Source of the DNA: Candidatus Bathyarchaeota archaeon
GTDB lineage: Archaea; Thermoproteota; Bathyarchaeia; 40CM-2-53-6; RBG-13-38-9
Assembly (NCBI GenBank): GCA_030671315.1
Contig: DAOUZW010000001.1
Location: 1-40,914 of the forward strand
Reading direction: 5' to 3'
Length of the DNA: 40,914 bases
Positions 29,258-38,934 of the stretch are shown piece by piece. A program made the position numbers and the translations under genes. Numbering within the stretch: position 1 is the stretch's first letter; every line of letters starts with the position of its first letter. The notes beneath the pieces are model-generated. The model ran no database searches. It was given only the letters and a program-made list of their open reading frames with translations, and was not told the origin of the DNA.

Positions 29258-29461
29258 CTATTCGCTCTCCGTTTCGACTGGCGTTATCTTTATTGACTCT
29301 ATATTGAAACCTAATTTTTTCCTACAATTTGGACATAAGCCGCCATGCTTATGAATAGTCTCCAGAGGAGATTCAAGTTCTAGACCGACATATAGTTCAT
29401 GCGTACAATTGCTACAATATATTCGCTGAGGCAAACATTTGACCCTCTGAAAAATAAACAA
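29258..29461 (-). CDS. Small zinc-ribbon protein of unknown function
   Basis: 67 aa with CSNC...(24 aa)...CPNC. The only possible start is TTG. No family recognised. Confidence 0.4.
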   Translation of the reverse strand: MFIFQRVKCLPQRIYCSNCTHELYVGLELESPLETIHKHGGLCPNCRKKLGFNIESIKITPVETESE

Positions 29462-29550
29462 TGAACATATTTCAACTTTAAGTCGAAAATCAATATGTTT
29501 ACAACCTTCACCTCTAAGAACTTATAAATGTGATGTGATACTGCAAGGTC

Positions 29551-30021
29551 ATGGTGGCAGACTTGAGCGGGAAGACTGGAAGTATTAGTTGGAAGTTTAA
29601 TCGATTCCTAAATAATCTTGCTTTTAGATTCAGAAAATTTCGTCTGCCAAGAAGAATTATGGGTAAACCATCATTCAATATTATTACAATAGCTCTGATG
29701 GGGTTTGCAATCTTCATTTTATCTGGAGGAGTATATAGTATTGTTGAAATTATGTCTGGTAGAGCCTTAACCATGCTACCGTCAGCTGGTGGGTGGACAT
29801 TCATCTATCCTGGAAGCCTCAATATGCAAACAATAAACGAAAGCTTGATTTCTGGAATGCTTTATTTCTTGGGAGCCACTGGTTTCTATTTAGTACTTAG
29901 AAGTATGAAATTAGCCTACCGTCCACGTCAGGCATACCTTACATTAATAATCGGATTAATGTTAGTCCTTCTGATTGTTTATTACACATCAATATTACTA
30001 CAAACCAAGATGGGCGGCTAA
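29551..30021 (+). CDS. Small polytopic membrane protein resembling the transmembrane core of the Ost3/Ost6 (TUSC3/MagT1) OST subunit family
   Basis: Three TM segments. The loop GGWTFIYPGSLNMQTINESLI resembles [21 protein letters not shown] of human TUSC3 as I recall it, and the flanking TMs are collinear. No thioredoxin domain. The start may instead be the internal ATG (MGKPSF...). Confidence 0.4.
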   Translation: MVADLSGKTGSISWKFNRFLNNLAFRFRKFRLPRRIMGKPSFNIITIALMGFAIFILSGGVYSIVEIMSGRALTMLPSAGGWTFIYPGSLNMQTINESLISGMLYFLGATGFYLVLRSMKLAYRPRQAYLTLIIGLMLVLLIVYYTSILLQTKMGG

Positions 30022-30023
30022 CT

Positions 30024-30521
30024 TTACCACCAATGTCCCTTCACTCCAAGTCGGTATGCGAAAAAATTCGCCAATAGATGTATCGGAGGAGTGAAAACTA
30101 TCAGTATGATGATAGTGCCAAAACCTACTTGTTGAACTGGATAAGTAAGAATCAATGCTCCTAATATGAAATCGAGTTGATCGAGTATAGGAAAAGGTTC
30201 TCCAGGTTTAAAGTCTAATCTGCGTTTTATGAAAGACCCTAAAAGATCACCAAGTAATGCACCAAGTGCGGCAAGTGCACCGATAAGAACTATTCCAGGA
30301 CCAAGAAATATTTCTTCAGCTATTGCTACTAGGATACCTAGGATAAGAGCCACTCCAAATCCTCTGAAGGTTTTGTTCGCTCCAAAGATCCTTTTGCCGT
30401 CAATAAAATGGAAGCCGAGATCCATAGGCGGCCCTCCTCTAAATAGGGTGGGCAAGGCGTTAGCTATGTATGCTGGTATAGCTATGTAAATAGCTTGAAG
30501 AATATCTATCTCATTTATCAA
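30024..30521 (-). CDS. carS: CDP-archaeol synthase CarS (DUF46)
   Basis: IPAYIANALP...DGKRIFGANKTFRGF... in a multi-TM protein of 165 aa. TTG start. Confidence 0.8.
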   Translation of the reverse strand: MINEIDILQAIYIAIPAYIANALPTLFRGGPPMDLGFHFIDGKRIFGANKTFRGFGVALILGILVAIAEEIFLGPGIVLIGALAALGALLGDLLGSFIKRRLDFKPGEPFPILDQLDFILGALILTYPVQQVGFGTIIILIVFTPPIHLLANFFAYRLGVKGHWW

Positions 30522-30539
30522 GTTGTAAATATCCCTTAA

Positions 30540-31241
30540 TTAGATTGGTGAAATTTGAAAATCCGTCAAGCCTTCTTCCATCATTTTTAGATAACATCTA
30601 TTTTTGGTGACATCTTGAGATTGGAAAGTATCGAGTCTAGCTTCTTTTATTTTATGTTCGGCTGTTGATCTGAGATTTAGAATTGTCTTAGGCCAATGGA
30701 ATAACGTTCGACGTGCAACTGGTTCTATTTTAAATCCTATATTATCTACTCTTGATCTTACTTGACTAGTTATGAGGACCACCAAATCATATTTTGATGC
30801 TAACTCAACAAGATATGCTAACTGTCGATTTAATTCACGATTAAGGCTATAGTTTCCCTGTGCATTGCCTAAAGATGTTCTATATAGCGAAGTCACAGTG
30901 TCCACAACAATTAATCCAACCCTTTTTGTTAGGTAATTTTCGAGATTTTCCACTATACGCGATTGCTCTAAAAAAGACTGAGGGAGAAAGATGAGAATAT
31001 TCTCAAGAACATCATCTTGACTTGAGCCTATAATTTGAATTAATCGTTTGTGAGAAAAAGATTGATCCGCATCAATATAGAGCGTTTTCCAATTTCTCCT
31101 CGAGGCTGAAACCGCGCATTGCAAACTTAATGTAGTCTTCCCAGTTGACGCCTCTCCATATATTAAACTGAGATATCCTTTTGGGAAGCCCCCAATAAGC
31201 AATCTGTCTAAAGAAGGTGTAAGAGTCGAGAGAGTGCTCAT
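30540..31241 (-). CDS. radB: RadB-like RecA-superfamily ATPase (RadA paralogue without an N-terminal HhH domain)
   Basis: LDRLLIGGFPKGYLSLIYGEASTGKTT (Walker A) and LIVVDTVTSLYR (Walker B). 233 aa. Confidence 0.65.
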   Translation of the reverse strand: MSTLSTLTPSLDRLLIGGFPKGYLSLIYGEASTGKTTLSLQCAVSASRRNWKTLYIDADQSFSHKRLIQIIGSSQDDVLENILIFLPQSFLEQSRIVENLENYLTKRVGLIVVDTVTSLYRTSLGNAQGNYSLNRELNRQLAYLVELASKYDLVVLITSQVRSRVDNIGFKIEPVARRTLFHWPKTILNLRSTAEHKIKEARLDTFQSQDVTKNRCYLKMMEEGLTDFQISPI

Positions 31242-31384
31242 CTTTCTTCAGCCACTGTTTTTACTTTCTAAGAAGGATCCTTTTCAAGCATAACTCATCT
31301 ATATGTTTGATGAATAAAATCTAACATTTAGTTTTTACATAAATTGAATCTGTCTAGAATTAAGGACCTAAAAGTGGAGTACAA

Positions 31385-32449
31385 TTGAGATTTCTAATTC
31401 AATCCGGAAAGACATTATTAGTATCAGGGCCGGCCTCCTTGAAATTGCAAGAGGGGGAAGCAAATGTTTTTGGAGCTCCATTTAAACCACAACAACGACT
31501 GATAGTCAAAAGAGAGAAACAGTTCGCTATTGAGATTATAGAAGAGTCAATAATTGAGGGGGATTTTGGTGAAAGCGCAACCTACTTGGAGATTGATGAT
31601 ACTACAATCCCTGAATCATGGTTTGAGGCTGCTAACACATTTCAGAAATCCAATAATAAAAAATTACTTGTTATAGGTTCTACCGATACAGGTAAAAGCA
31701 CTCTCTGCACGTTTCTAGTCAATCATATTCTTAAATTCAAACAAAGTGTGGCACTTCTTGATGCTGATATTGGTCAATCGGATCTAGGACCTCCTGGAAC
31801 TCTAGGATTAAGCATTATCAATAAACCGTACATCGAATCAGATAATTTGAACTTAGATTCAATGATCTTTGTTGGTAAAACAAGCCCCTCCTCAGTTACT
31901 GAGAAAGTTATCAATGGAATTTCGAAGCTTGAAAATTCCGTCCAAAAAGGAACATCAATAGTCATAAACACCGATGGCTGGATCTTGGACACAGAAGCAA
32001 TCGCTTACAAATTAAGAATGATTAGACAACTTGACCCAAATATGACAATAATACTTAACGAAGGAAAGGAATTTTACAATATCTTTGAAAATAATCTACC
32101 ATTCATGAGGATTCAGGTTCCAAAATTCATAAAGACGAGAGGACGTGAGGATCGCAAAAAAATTCGAGAGTACCATTATAAAAAATATTTGAAGAATGCA
32201 ATACACACAAATTTCTCACTTAATGGGATAATGATGGAGGGGTTTCTCCCAAACAGGATCGAGGGTGGAGAGATACTAGGTTTTCTTGATCTAAATGGAT
32301 TTCTAATTGGAATAGGAATTTTAGAGTATATTAATCGAAGAAAACAAATTCTAAGAGCCTATACAAATGTGAATGTCAGAAATGTGACATCAATAGAATG
32401 TGGCAACATCAGGTTAATGCATGATGGCTCAGAGATTGACTGGGAATAG
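31385..32449 (+). CDS. Clp1/Grc3-family polynucleotide 5'-hydroxyl kinase
   Basis: N-terminal beta domain (LLVSGPASLKLQEGEANVFGAPF), P-loop GSTDTGKST, LLDADIGQS and VINTDGW. TTG start. Confidence 0.7.
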   Translation: MRFLIQSGKTLLVSGPASLKLQEGEANVFGAPFKPQQRLIVKREKQFAIEIIEESIIEGDFGESATYLEIDDTTIPESWFEAANTFQKSNNKKLLVIGSTDTGKSTLCTFLVNHILKFKQSVALLDADIGQSDLGPPGTLGLSIINKPYIESDNLNLDSMIFVGKTSPSSVTEKVINGISKLENSVQKGTSIVINTDGWILDTEAIAYKLRMIRQLDPNMTIILNEGKEFYNIFENNLPFMRIQVPKFIKTRGREDRKKIREYHYKKYLKNAIHTNFSLNGIMMEGFLPNRIEGGEILGFLDLNGFLIGIGILEYINRRKQILRAYTNVNVRNVTSIECGNIRLMHDGSEIDWE

Positions 32450-32520
32450 TCTATCATTTGTTTATGATTTAGCAATATTTTATATCATTAAAGATTGAGA
32501 AGGGTAATTCCTGAGTCAAT

Positions 32521-33519
32521 TTGACGATACTTCTACTTAGAGACCAAGATATCAAAAAACAATTAGAGATTAATGAAGTTCTTGAGGTTGTCGAACAGGC
32601 TTTCCGAGAAAAAGGTTTAGGCAAAGTACAGATGCCTGCTAAGACATATCTATATTACGAACGGTATGATGGCGACCTCAGAGTCATGCCAGCATATATG
32701 GAATCAATGGATATATCAGCTGTCAAAGTTGTGAATGTACATCCTAAGAATAGAACCTATAATCTCCCAACAGTAATGGCGATAATAATTTTAATCGATC
32801 CAAAAACCGGATCCCCCCAAGCAATTATGGATGGAACAGAAATAACTTCAGCAAGAACAGGTGCAGCTGCTGGAGTTGCAACTAAATATCTTGCGAAAGA
32901 AGGAGCCATAAAACTGGGAATAGTTGGTGCTGGCGTTCAGGCAACGAAGCAACTATCGTATATCAGTCAAGTAAGAGAACTTCTTGAAGTTAGAGTATAT
33001 GATAAAAGTGATGAAACTAAGAAAAAATTTGTCCAGACTGCCAAAGAAAAATATCCTAAACTGAAAATCATTCCAACAGGGAGTATTGAAGAAGCAGTAC
33101 AATATCAGGATGTAGTATGTACGGTCACGCCATCAAGGAAACCAATCATAATGAATGATTGGATAGAAGATGGTACACACATAAATGCTATTGGAGCCGA
33201 TGCCCAAGGCAAACAGGAATTAGATCCTGCGATTCTTAAAAGATCAAAAATCTATGTTGATGATTGGGATCAAGCCTCCCATAGTGGAGAGATAAATGTT
33301 CCAATAAGCAAAGGTCTCATCAGTAGAGACGATATCTATGGCCAATTGGGAGAAGTAGTAGCCGGTAAAAAGAAAGGTCGAACATCAAAAAAAGAAATAA
33401 CTGTATTCGATTCTACAGGACTTGCAATACAGGATGCAGTCGTTGCTAAGCTTGTTCATAAAAAAGCTTCAGATAAGAAAGCAGGTACTGAATTTCAATT
33501 ATCAATTCTCTTTAAGTGA
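32521..33519 (+). CDS. Ornithine cyclodeaminase/mu-crystallin family enzyme (archaeal alanine dehydrogenase-like)
   Basis: ...VEQAFREKG...MPAY...ITSARTGAAAGVATKYLA...GIVGAGVQA... TTG start. Confidence 0.75.
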   Translation: MTILLLRDQDIKKQLEINEVLEVVEQAFREKGLGKVQMPAKTYLYYERYDGDLRVMPAYMESMDISAVKVVNVHPKNRTYNLPTVMAIIILIDPKTGSPQAIMDGTEITSARTGAAAGVATKYLAKEGAIKLGIVGAGVQATKQLSYISQVRELLEVRVYDKSDETKKKFVQTAKEKYPKLKIIPTGSIEEAVQYQDVVCTVTPSRKPIIMNDWIEDGTHINAIGADAQGKQELDPAILKRSKIYVDDWDQASHSGEINVPISKGLISRDDIYGQLGEVVAGKKKGRTSKKEITVFDSTGLAIQDAVVAKLVHKKASDKKAGTEFQLSILFK

Positions 33520-33615
33520 CCAATCATCCTTAAATAATCGATGAACATTTGACTTTTGAATCATCTTCCATAATAGAGAAGAAATAAGAAAAATAGTTCC
33601 AAGGTAGATTTGATA

Positions 33616-34800
33616 ATGGGAAATACAGAACTTCCATCACACGCTGAAAGAATGACTCGAACAGGAACCGAAACAGCTTTTGAAGTATTTGCTATGGCCA
33701 AAGAAATAGAGAAAACAGGGGTAAAAGTGAACCATTTTGAAATGGGAGAACCAGATTTCGACACCCCTGAAAATATTAAAGATGCGGCTAGAAAAGCTCT
33801 AGCGTCAGGATTTACTCATTACACTGCGGCCCAAGGAATACTTGAACTTAGACAGGCAATAGCAGAAAACATATCAAACGATTTTGATGTAGACATAGAC
33901 CCGGAAAAAGAAGTTGTTGTAATGCCGGGTGCGAAACCAGGAATCTTCATGAGCATACTAGCCACCGTCGATCCTGGTGATGAAGTTATAATGCCCAATC
34001 CATCTTTTCCAATCTATGAATCGGTTGTGAATTTAGTAAAGGCAAAACCTGTTCCAATCCCTTTGAAAGAAGAAAACGACTTCAGGCTAAATCCAGAAGA
34101 TGTCAGGAATAAGATTACCGATAAGACTAAGATGTTAATATTGAATTCACCTCACAATCCTTGTGGATCAAGTCTTCTAAAGAACGAAGTTGAAGAGCTA
34201 GCTGAGTTGGCTAAGGAGAATAACATCTTGGTAATGTCTGATGAGATTTATTCTAAGATCATCTATGAGGGCAAACATTACAGCATGCTATCTGTACCTG
34301 ATATGAAAGAGAGAACAATTTTAGTGCATGGATTCTCTAAGACCTATGCTATGACTGGATGGCGTCTCGGATATTCTGTAGGAAATCCTAAGGTTATTGC
34401 ACATATGGCCAAGTTACAAGTGAATATATCATCTTGTGCTGCAGCATTCACCCAAATGGCTGGAATAGAGGCATTAACTGGACCACAAGACACTGTGACC
34501 AATATGGTTGGAGAATATGAGAAGAGAAGAAACGCTATAGTTGAAGCGTTGAACTCGATCAAAGGAATATCGTGTAAGAAACCATCTGGAGCCTTCTACG
34601 CATTTCCTAACATAACAAAAACTGGAATGAAGTCAAAAGAATTAATGATGCACCTACTCAATAAAGCGCATGTTGCTGCTTTACATGGAACCGCTTTCGG
34701 AGAATATGGTGAAGGCTACATGAGATTTTCATACGCCACAAGTCTAGAAAACATAAAGGAAGGGGTGGAGAAAGTTAAAGTCGCCGTAGAAAAACTTTAA
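33616..34800 (+). CDS. Class I/II pyridoxal-phosphate aminotransferase (aspartate aminotransferase-like)
   Basis: GEPDFDTP, NSPHNPCG and the PLP-lysine motif GFSKTYAMTGWRLGY. Confidence 0.85.
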   Translation: MGNTELPSHAERMTRTGTETAFEVFAMAKEIEKTGVKVNHFEMGEPDFDTPENIKDAARKALASGFTHYTAAQGILELRQAIAENISNDFDVDIDPEKEVVVMPGAKPGIFMSILATVDPGDEVIMPNPSFPIYESVVNLVKAKPVPIPLKEENDFRLNPEDVRNKITDKTKMLILNSPHNPCGSSLLKNEVEELAELAKENNILVMSDEIYSKIIYEGKHYSMLSVPDMKERTILVHGFSKTYAMTGWRLGYSVGNPKVIAHMAKLQVNISSCAAAFTQMAGIEALTGPQDTVTNMVGEYEKRRNAIVEALNSIKGISCKKPSGAFYAFPNITKTGMKSKELMMHLLNKAHVAALHGTAFGEYGEGYMRFSYATSLENIKEGVEKVKVAVEKL

Positions 34801-34930
34801 AATTCAACCTGAATATTTTTTCTTCCTTTAATTATCCTTTTCAATATCTTATCCAGAGTCTATTCTGAATGAATACTAATCTGGACGTAGATAACAATCA
34901 GGTTAATGATAATTTCTCGGAGAGTAATAA

Positions 34931-35875
34931 ATGAAAATTAAATTTGGAGTACAGTTTTGGCAAGAAGAGTTTGATATTTTTCACTTAAGAAATGCAGTCA
35001 AAGAAGTGGAAGATATGGGTTTTAAGTCTGCATGGATCTATGATCATTTCTATCCTATGTCAAAGGCTACAAGTTATAATATGCTTGAAGCTTGGACTCT
35101 TCTTCCTTTTCTAGCTGCTGCAACAGAGAAAATCAGATTGGGCGTATTAGTGACTTGTAATTCTTATAGACATCCCTCAATACTGGCAAAGATTGCTTCT
35201 ACAGTTGATATAATAAGCAAAGGAAGATTGGAATTTGGAATTGGTGCTGGATGGTTTGAAGAGGAATATGATGCTTATGGTATACCTTTTCCAAACGCCG
35301 GGATTAGATTAGACCAGATGGCCGAAGCTACTGTTCTAATTAAAAAAATATGGATGGACGAAAAGATCAATTTCAGAGGCGAATACTACATTGCAAATGA
35401 TTTGATATCCTTTCCAAAACCAGTTCAGAAGCCTCATCCACCAATAATGATTGGTGGTAAAGGTGATATCTTATTGAAAATAGCAGCTCAACACGCAGAT
35501 AATGTAAACCTAGTAAATTGTACTCCAGAAGAATATGGAAAAAGACTAGAATTGTTAAAGAATTACTGTGAAAAAAATGATAGAGATTACAATTCCATAA
35601 CAAAAAGTTGGCATGGTCTAATAATTTTTACAGAAAAAGAAAAAGCAAAAAAAATGATTTTGAAATTCAAAGAGAATTCTCGTATTAAAAGTATTCAAGA
35701 AACCAGTTTGGAAGAACTTATGAATAGAGTGATTGTAGGAACTCCAGAAGATTGTGTTGATAAAATACAGGACTACATTAATTTTGGAGCTGAATATTTT
35801 ATACCACACTTCGCGTTCTCTGATAAACTTGAGAGTGAACAGATCTTCATAGATGAAATATCATCATGTTTCTAA
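34931..35875 (+). CDS. Luciferase-like monooxygenase (LLM) family flavin/F420-dependent oxidoreductase
   Basis: KFGVQF...AWIYDHF...RLEFGIGAGW...PHPPIMIGG is the pattern of LLM-class F420-type enzymes. Confidence 0.7.
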   Translation: MKIKFGVQFWQEEFDIFHLRNAVKEVEDMGFKSAWIYDHFYPMSKATSYNMLEAWTLLPFLAAATEKIRLGVLVTCNSYRHPSILAKIASTVDIISKGRLEFGIGAGWFEEEYDAYGIPFPNAGIRLDQMAEATVLIKKIWMDEKINFRGEYYIANDLISFPKPVQKPHPPIMIGGKGDILLKIAAQHADNVNLVNCTPEEYGKRLELLKNYCEKNDRDYNSITKSWHGLIIFTEKEKAKKMILKFKENSRIKSIQETSLEELMNRVIVGTPEDCVDKIQDYINFGAEYFIPHFAFSDKLESEQIFIDEISSCF

Positions 35876-35933
35876 TAACTTCAGCCATCATAATCACTAC
35901 AGCATAAATGAATGATGAAGAAATGGGATTTTA

Positions 35934-36977
35934 ATGCCAATTCCAATCATCCAATACATTATTGCATTAGGCATTGGCATGAGTACTGGATTAGTATTAC
36001 AAAGAGGAAGAGTGTGTACCAATTCAGCATTTAGAAATCTACTTTTAATAAGGAATGGTGAGCTTAGTACTATTATACCAGTTACCGTAGCTATAACGGT
36101 TACAGGATACTTTCTACTAACTTCAATACCAGGTTACGAGTTCAGTTCTAATCCAATCCATTTCTCGTTTATCTTTTTACCAATAGGCGCATTTATTTTC
36201 GGTTTGGGAACAGTTTTCGCAGGTGGATGTGCTGGAGGAGTCTGCTATCGAGTAGGAGAAGGTAATGTCAAATCGCTAATTGCTTTATTGGGATTTATTT
36301 CAGGAATTGGAATTTTAGCTGCTGGGATAATCGCAGAAGTTTTTCAATCTCTGAACAGTAGCTCATTAATTTTAATTAATAATCAAACTCCTTCTCTAGA
36401 ACAATTTGCACCAAGAAGTATTTGGACCATCATTATTGTTTTTGGTTCGTGTTTGTTAGTGTATTTCTTTTATCTCAAGAATGCTGAACATAAATTAACT
36501 CATCTACGCCCAGAGTGGACACCCATTATAAGCGGGATATTACTGGGTGTATTAGGAATCTTTACTAAATATTTCTCCAGCTTACCTCCGATTTATCGTA
36601 ATTTTGGATTGTCTACTGTTGATGGAATTGCAAATATTGCTCAGAGTATTGTTACATTTCAATTGTTTAATTGGGCGGGATTTTTCATGATTGGATTAAT
36701 TGGTGGATCCTTTTTATCATCTTTAAACATCAAAGAATTTGAAATAATAATCCCAACTCGAAAAGATGTTTTTCAATTCTTCGGTGGTGGATTTCTTCTT
36801 GGAATCGGTGCTATGATGGCTGGTGGATGTAATATTGGCCACATATTTAGTGGAATTCCAGAGTTGGGAATTTCCTCATTTTTTGCTATGATTTTTATTA
36901 TATTTGGTAATTGGATAGGCTCATACCTGCAATACATTAAATGGAAAAATGAGTGGCCTGAATCAACACCAAAGTAA
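35934..36977 (+). CDS. YeeE/YedE-family membrane protein (thiosulfate/sulfur-compound transporter family)
   Basis: Duplicated Cys motifs FAGGCAGGVCYR and MAGGCNIGH in a 9-10 TM protein. Confidence 0.75.
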   Translation: MPIPIIQYIIALGIGMSTGLVLQRGRVCTNSAFRNLLLIRNGELSTIIPVTVAITVTGYFLLTSIPGYEFSSNPIHFSFIFLPIGAFIFGLGTVFAGGCAGGVCYRVGEGNVKSLIALLGFISGIGILAAGIIAEVFQSLNSSSLILINNQTPSLEQFAPRSIWTIIIVFGSCLLVYFFYLKNAEHKLTHLRPEWTPIISGILLGVLGIFTKYFSSLPPIYRNFGLSTVDGIANIAQSIVTFQLFNWAGFFMIGLIGGSFLSSLNIKEFEIIIPTRKDVFQFFGGGFLLGIGAMMAGGCNIGHIFSGIPELGISSFFAMIFIIFGNWIGSYLQYIKWKNEWPESTPK

Positions 36978-37062
36978 GTGTAAGAGTATTGTGAAAGCTT
37001 ATGCTAACTTATTTGTTTAATCTGTAACTCTTTTTGGTTCCAATTTGATAGGTGTAAGAGTA
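36978..37062 (+). repeat. Exact 11-nt direct repeat gtgtaagagta (36978..36988 and 37052..37062) in the yeeE-mptA spacer
   Basis: Read directly from the sequence. The two copies start 74 bp apart. Confidence 0.8.
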
Positions 37063-37142
37063 CGCTACAGAAGGTCTAATAGAAACAAGATAATTGTATA
37101 GGATTCTTACCAGAACATAATCGTCAACAAAGGTGAAGTAGG

Positions 37143-38102
37143 TTGAGTTATCCAATCGAATTGCTAGATAGAGTAACTGATATTCAGACCATAAAGCCAA
37201 AAATCCCGGTAAAACTGACTAGAGTTGGAGTGAAAAATCTAAAGTTAAATCTGCAGATCACAAGTGGAAAAGGCACACTATCTCTTATCCCAATGATCGA
37301 TCTCTTCGTAGATTTGCCAAGCGATAAAAGAGGTGTTCACCTATCCAGGGATCCAGAATTAATGCACGAGATTCTTCTAGAAGAAATGGATACCAAAACT
37401 AATCGAGTTGAAGACTTTTGTGAAAATATTGCACACCGACTATTAGATAAACACACTTACTCAAATAGAGCTGAAGTCCGTCTAAAAAGCGATTACATTA
37501 CAATCAATAAATCTCCACAAGGTAAAACATCACAAGAACCATGTAAGATTCTTGCGTCAGTAACTGCCGTGAGAAAAAATTCGAACATAGTTGTGAATCG
37601 GACAGTTGGAGTAAGTGTTGTAGGCTTCACAGCATGTCCATGCACACAGAATCTTTTACAAGCTCTTGCAGAAGATAGACTTCGTAAACTGGACTATGAA
37701 GAAGCCGACGTTAAGAAAATAGTCAAAAATATGCCACTGGCAACACATACTCAACGGACTACTGGAACTATTATCATGCAAGTACCTAAGGGATTCTCAC
37801 TGGATGTAGAAGATCTTGTTGAGATAATAGGAGCCTCCATGAGTGGACAAACACATGCAGTTCTTAAACGTCCTTCTGAAGCGTCGGTTGTTATCGACGC
37901 TCATGAAAAAACACGATTCACAGAAGATGTTGTTAGAGAAATGCTCAAGACATTAGCTAAAAAATATTCTAATTTTCCTAGCGACACACGTATTATAGTA
38001 CAGGCACACAGCCTAGAGAGTGTTCATAAGCACGATATTATGGCCGAGAGAGTATCAACTCTCGAAGAGATTCTGAATGAAATTAATACAAATTCTAGCT
38101 AA
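37143..38102 (+). CDS. mptA: GTP cyclohydrolase MptA (FolE2/type IB family), first step of methanopterin/pterin synthesis
   Basis: DIQ...VKLTRVGV..., RGVHLSR, and the FTACPCTQ cysteine motif. TTG start preceded by AAAGGTGAAG. Confidence 0.8.
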   Translation: MSYPIELLDRVTDIQTIKPKIPVKLTRVGVKNLKLNLQITSGKGTLSLIPMIDLFVDLPSDKRGVHLSRDPELMHEILLEEMDTKTNRVEDFCENIAHRLLDKHTYSNRAEVRLKSDYITINKSPQGKTSQEPCKILASVTAVRKNSNIVVNRTVGVSVVGFTACPCTQNLLQALAEDRLRKLDYEEADVKKIVKNMPLATHTQRTTGTIIMQVPKGFSLDVEDLVEIIGASMSGQTHAVLKRPSEASVVIDAHEKTRFTEDVVREMLKTLAKKYSNFPSDTRIIVQAHSLESVHKHDIMAERVSTLEEILNEINTNSS

Positions 38103-38895
38103 CTATCTTAACAAGTTCAGAAAAACTAACATTTTTAAATCTTCTAATATTTTCACTACGTCCTGTTACATTATATAGAGGCATTTCAACCTTAGATGAA
38201 AGCCATTCAAGTAAATCCTTACAGACTTTTAGTTTCAAGATTTTTTCTTCCTGAGATCTTACTTTTTCTTTGGAATATTTACCGATTTTTTGACCTAGAT
38301 CCATTCCAGCTAAGACTATCATACTAGGTTTCATAGAAGCTGCAAAGAAGACTGCTCTGTCACCATCTGTGAATCCCCCGAAATTGTAAACGTTGATTGT
38401 TGGTTTGACTTGAGTAGTTCCGATGATGTTTACGAATTTTGGAACATATTTTTTTAATTGGGTGATATTGTCTCCATGACCGTGGATTACCATTGTTGAG
38501 CCTAGTCTATTTGCATTAAGTAGATCCTCAATTTTCCCATCAAGATCACTTACAATGAACTGTGGAGTCAATTCCACGACCTTTTGCAAGGCTGTAGTTG
38601 CACCGTCGGCCGAAATTATTGAAAATTTTTCTAATAACCCTTCTTTTTGTAATTGATACAGATTTTCCTTCAATGATGGACCAGCTCCAAAAACTAGAAC
38701 TGGTTTGTCTGTTATGAGTTTCTCCATGGATTCTGGATGAATAGCCTTTTTGGATATTAGTCTGCTTAGAATATCAGTCGCTCTTTGATCCTCATTCATA
38801 TCATAGTTGAATAACTTATTTATTCTATCATACCATTTCCACCATTCTTCGAGGCTAATTACCGGTTTCATTCGATCATTGCCACTTCGTTTCAC
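38095..38895 (-). CDS. mptE: 6-hydroxymethyl-7,8-dihydropterin pyrophosphokinase, archaeal MptE type (DUF115)
   Basis: VLVFGAGPSL...IISADGAT...IVSDLDG...IHGHGDN. Start is GTG 38895 or ATG 38871. It overlaps the mptA 3' end by 8 nt (convergent). Confidence 0.75.
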   Translation of the reverse strand: MKRSGNDRMKPVISLEEWWKWYDRINKLFNYDMNEDQRATDILSRLISKKAIHPESMEKLITDKPVLVFGAGPSLKENLYQLQKEGLLEKFSIISADGATTALQKVVELTPQFIVSDLDGKIEDLLNANRLGSTMVIHGHGDNITQLKKYVPKFVNIIGTTQVKPTINVYNFGGFTDGDRAVFFAASMKPSMIVLAGMDLGQKIGKYSKEKVRSQEEKILKLKVCKDLLEWLSSKVEMPLYNVTGRSENIRRFKNVSFSELVKIVS

Positions 38896-38915
38896 ATATT
38901 TATGATAGGGAAGAA

Positions 38916-38934
38916 TACAAATAGTATATTTGTA
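38916..38934. promoter_or_regulatory. Perfect 8-3-8 palindrome tacaaata-gta-tatttgta in the divergent mptE/DUF1464 spacer. It could be an operator and/or a bidirectional TATA region.
   Basis: Read directly from the sequence. Its centre is about 30 bp upstream of the DUF1464 TTG start. Confidence 0.35.

Noticed and set aside
34931-35875. The LLM oxidoreductase as methylene-H4MPT reductase (Mer), given the nearby methanopterin genes
   Set aside because: Apart from general LLM-fold features, the sequence does not resemble Mer as I recall it. It fits the generic F420/flavin LLM class better, and it is separated from the pterin genes by yeeE.
35912-35918. Possible C/D-box sRNA, based on a C-box-like AUGAUGA just upstream of yeeE
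   Set aside because: There is no D box (CUGA) at a suitable distance, and no C'/D' pair or terminal stem. The motif lies only about 15 nt from the yeeE ATG.
37009-37200. A minus-strand 63-codon ORF covering the yeeE-mptA spacer
   Set aside because: Its composition is Tyr/Leu/Ser-rich, it overlaps the mptA start, and it has no recognisable motif. It is treated as spurious.
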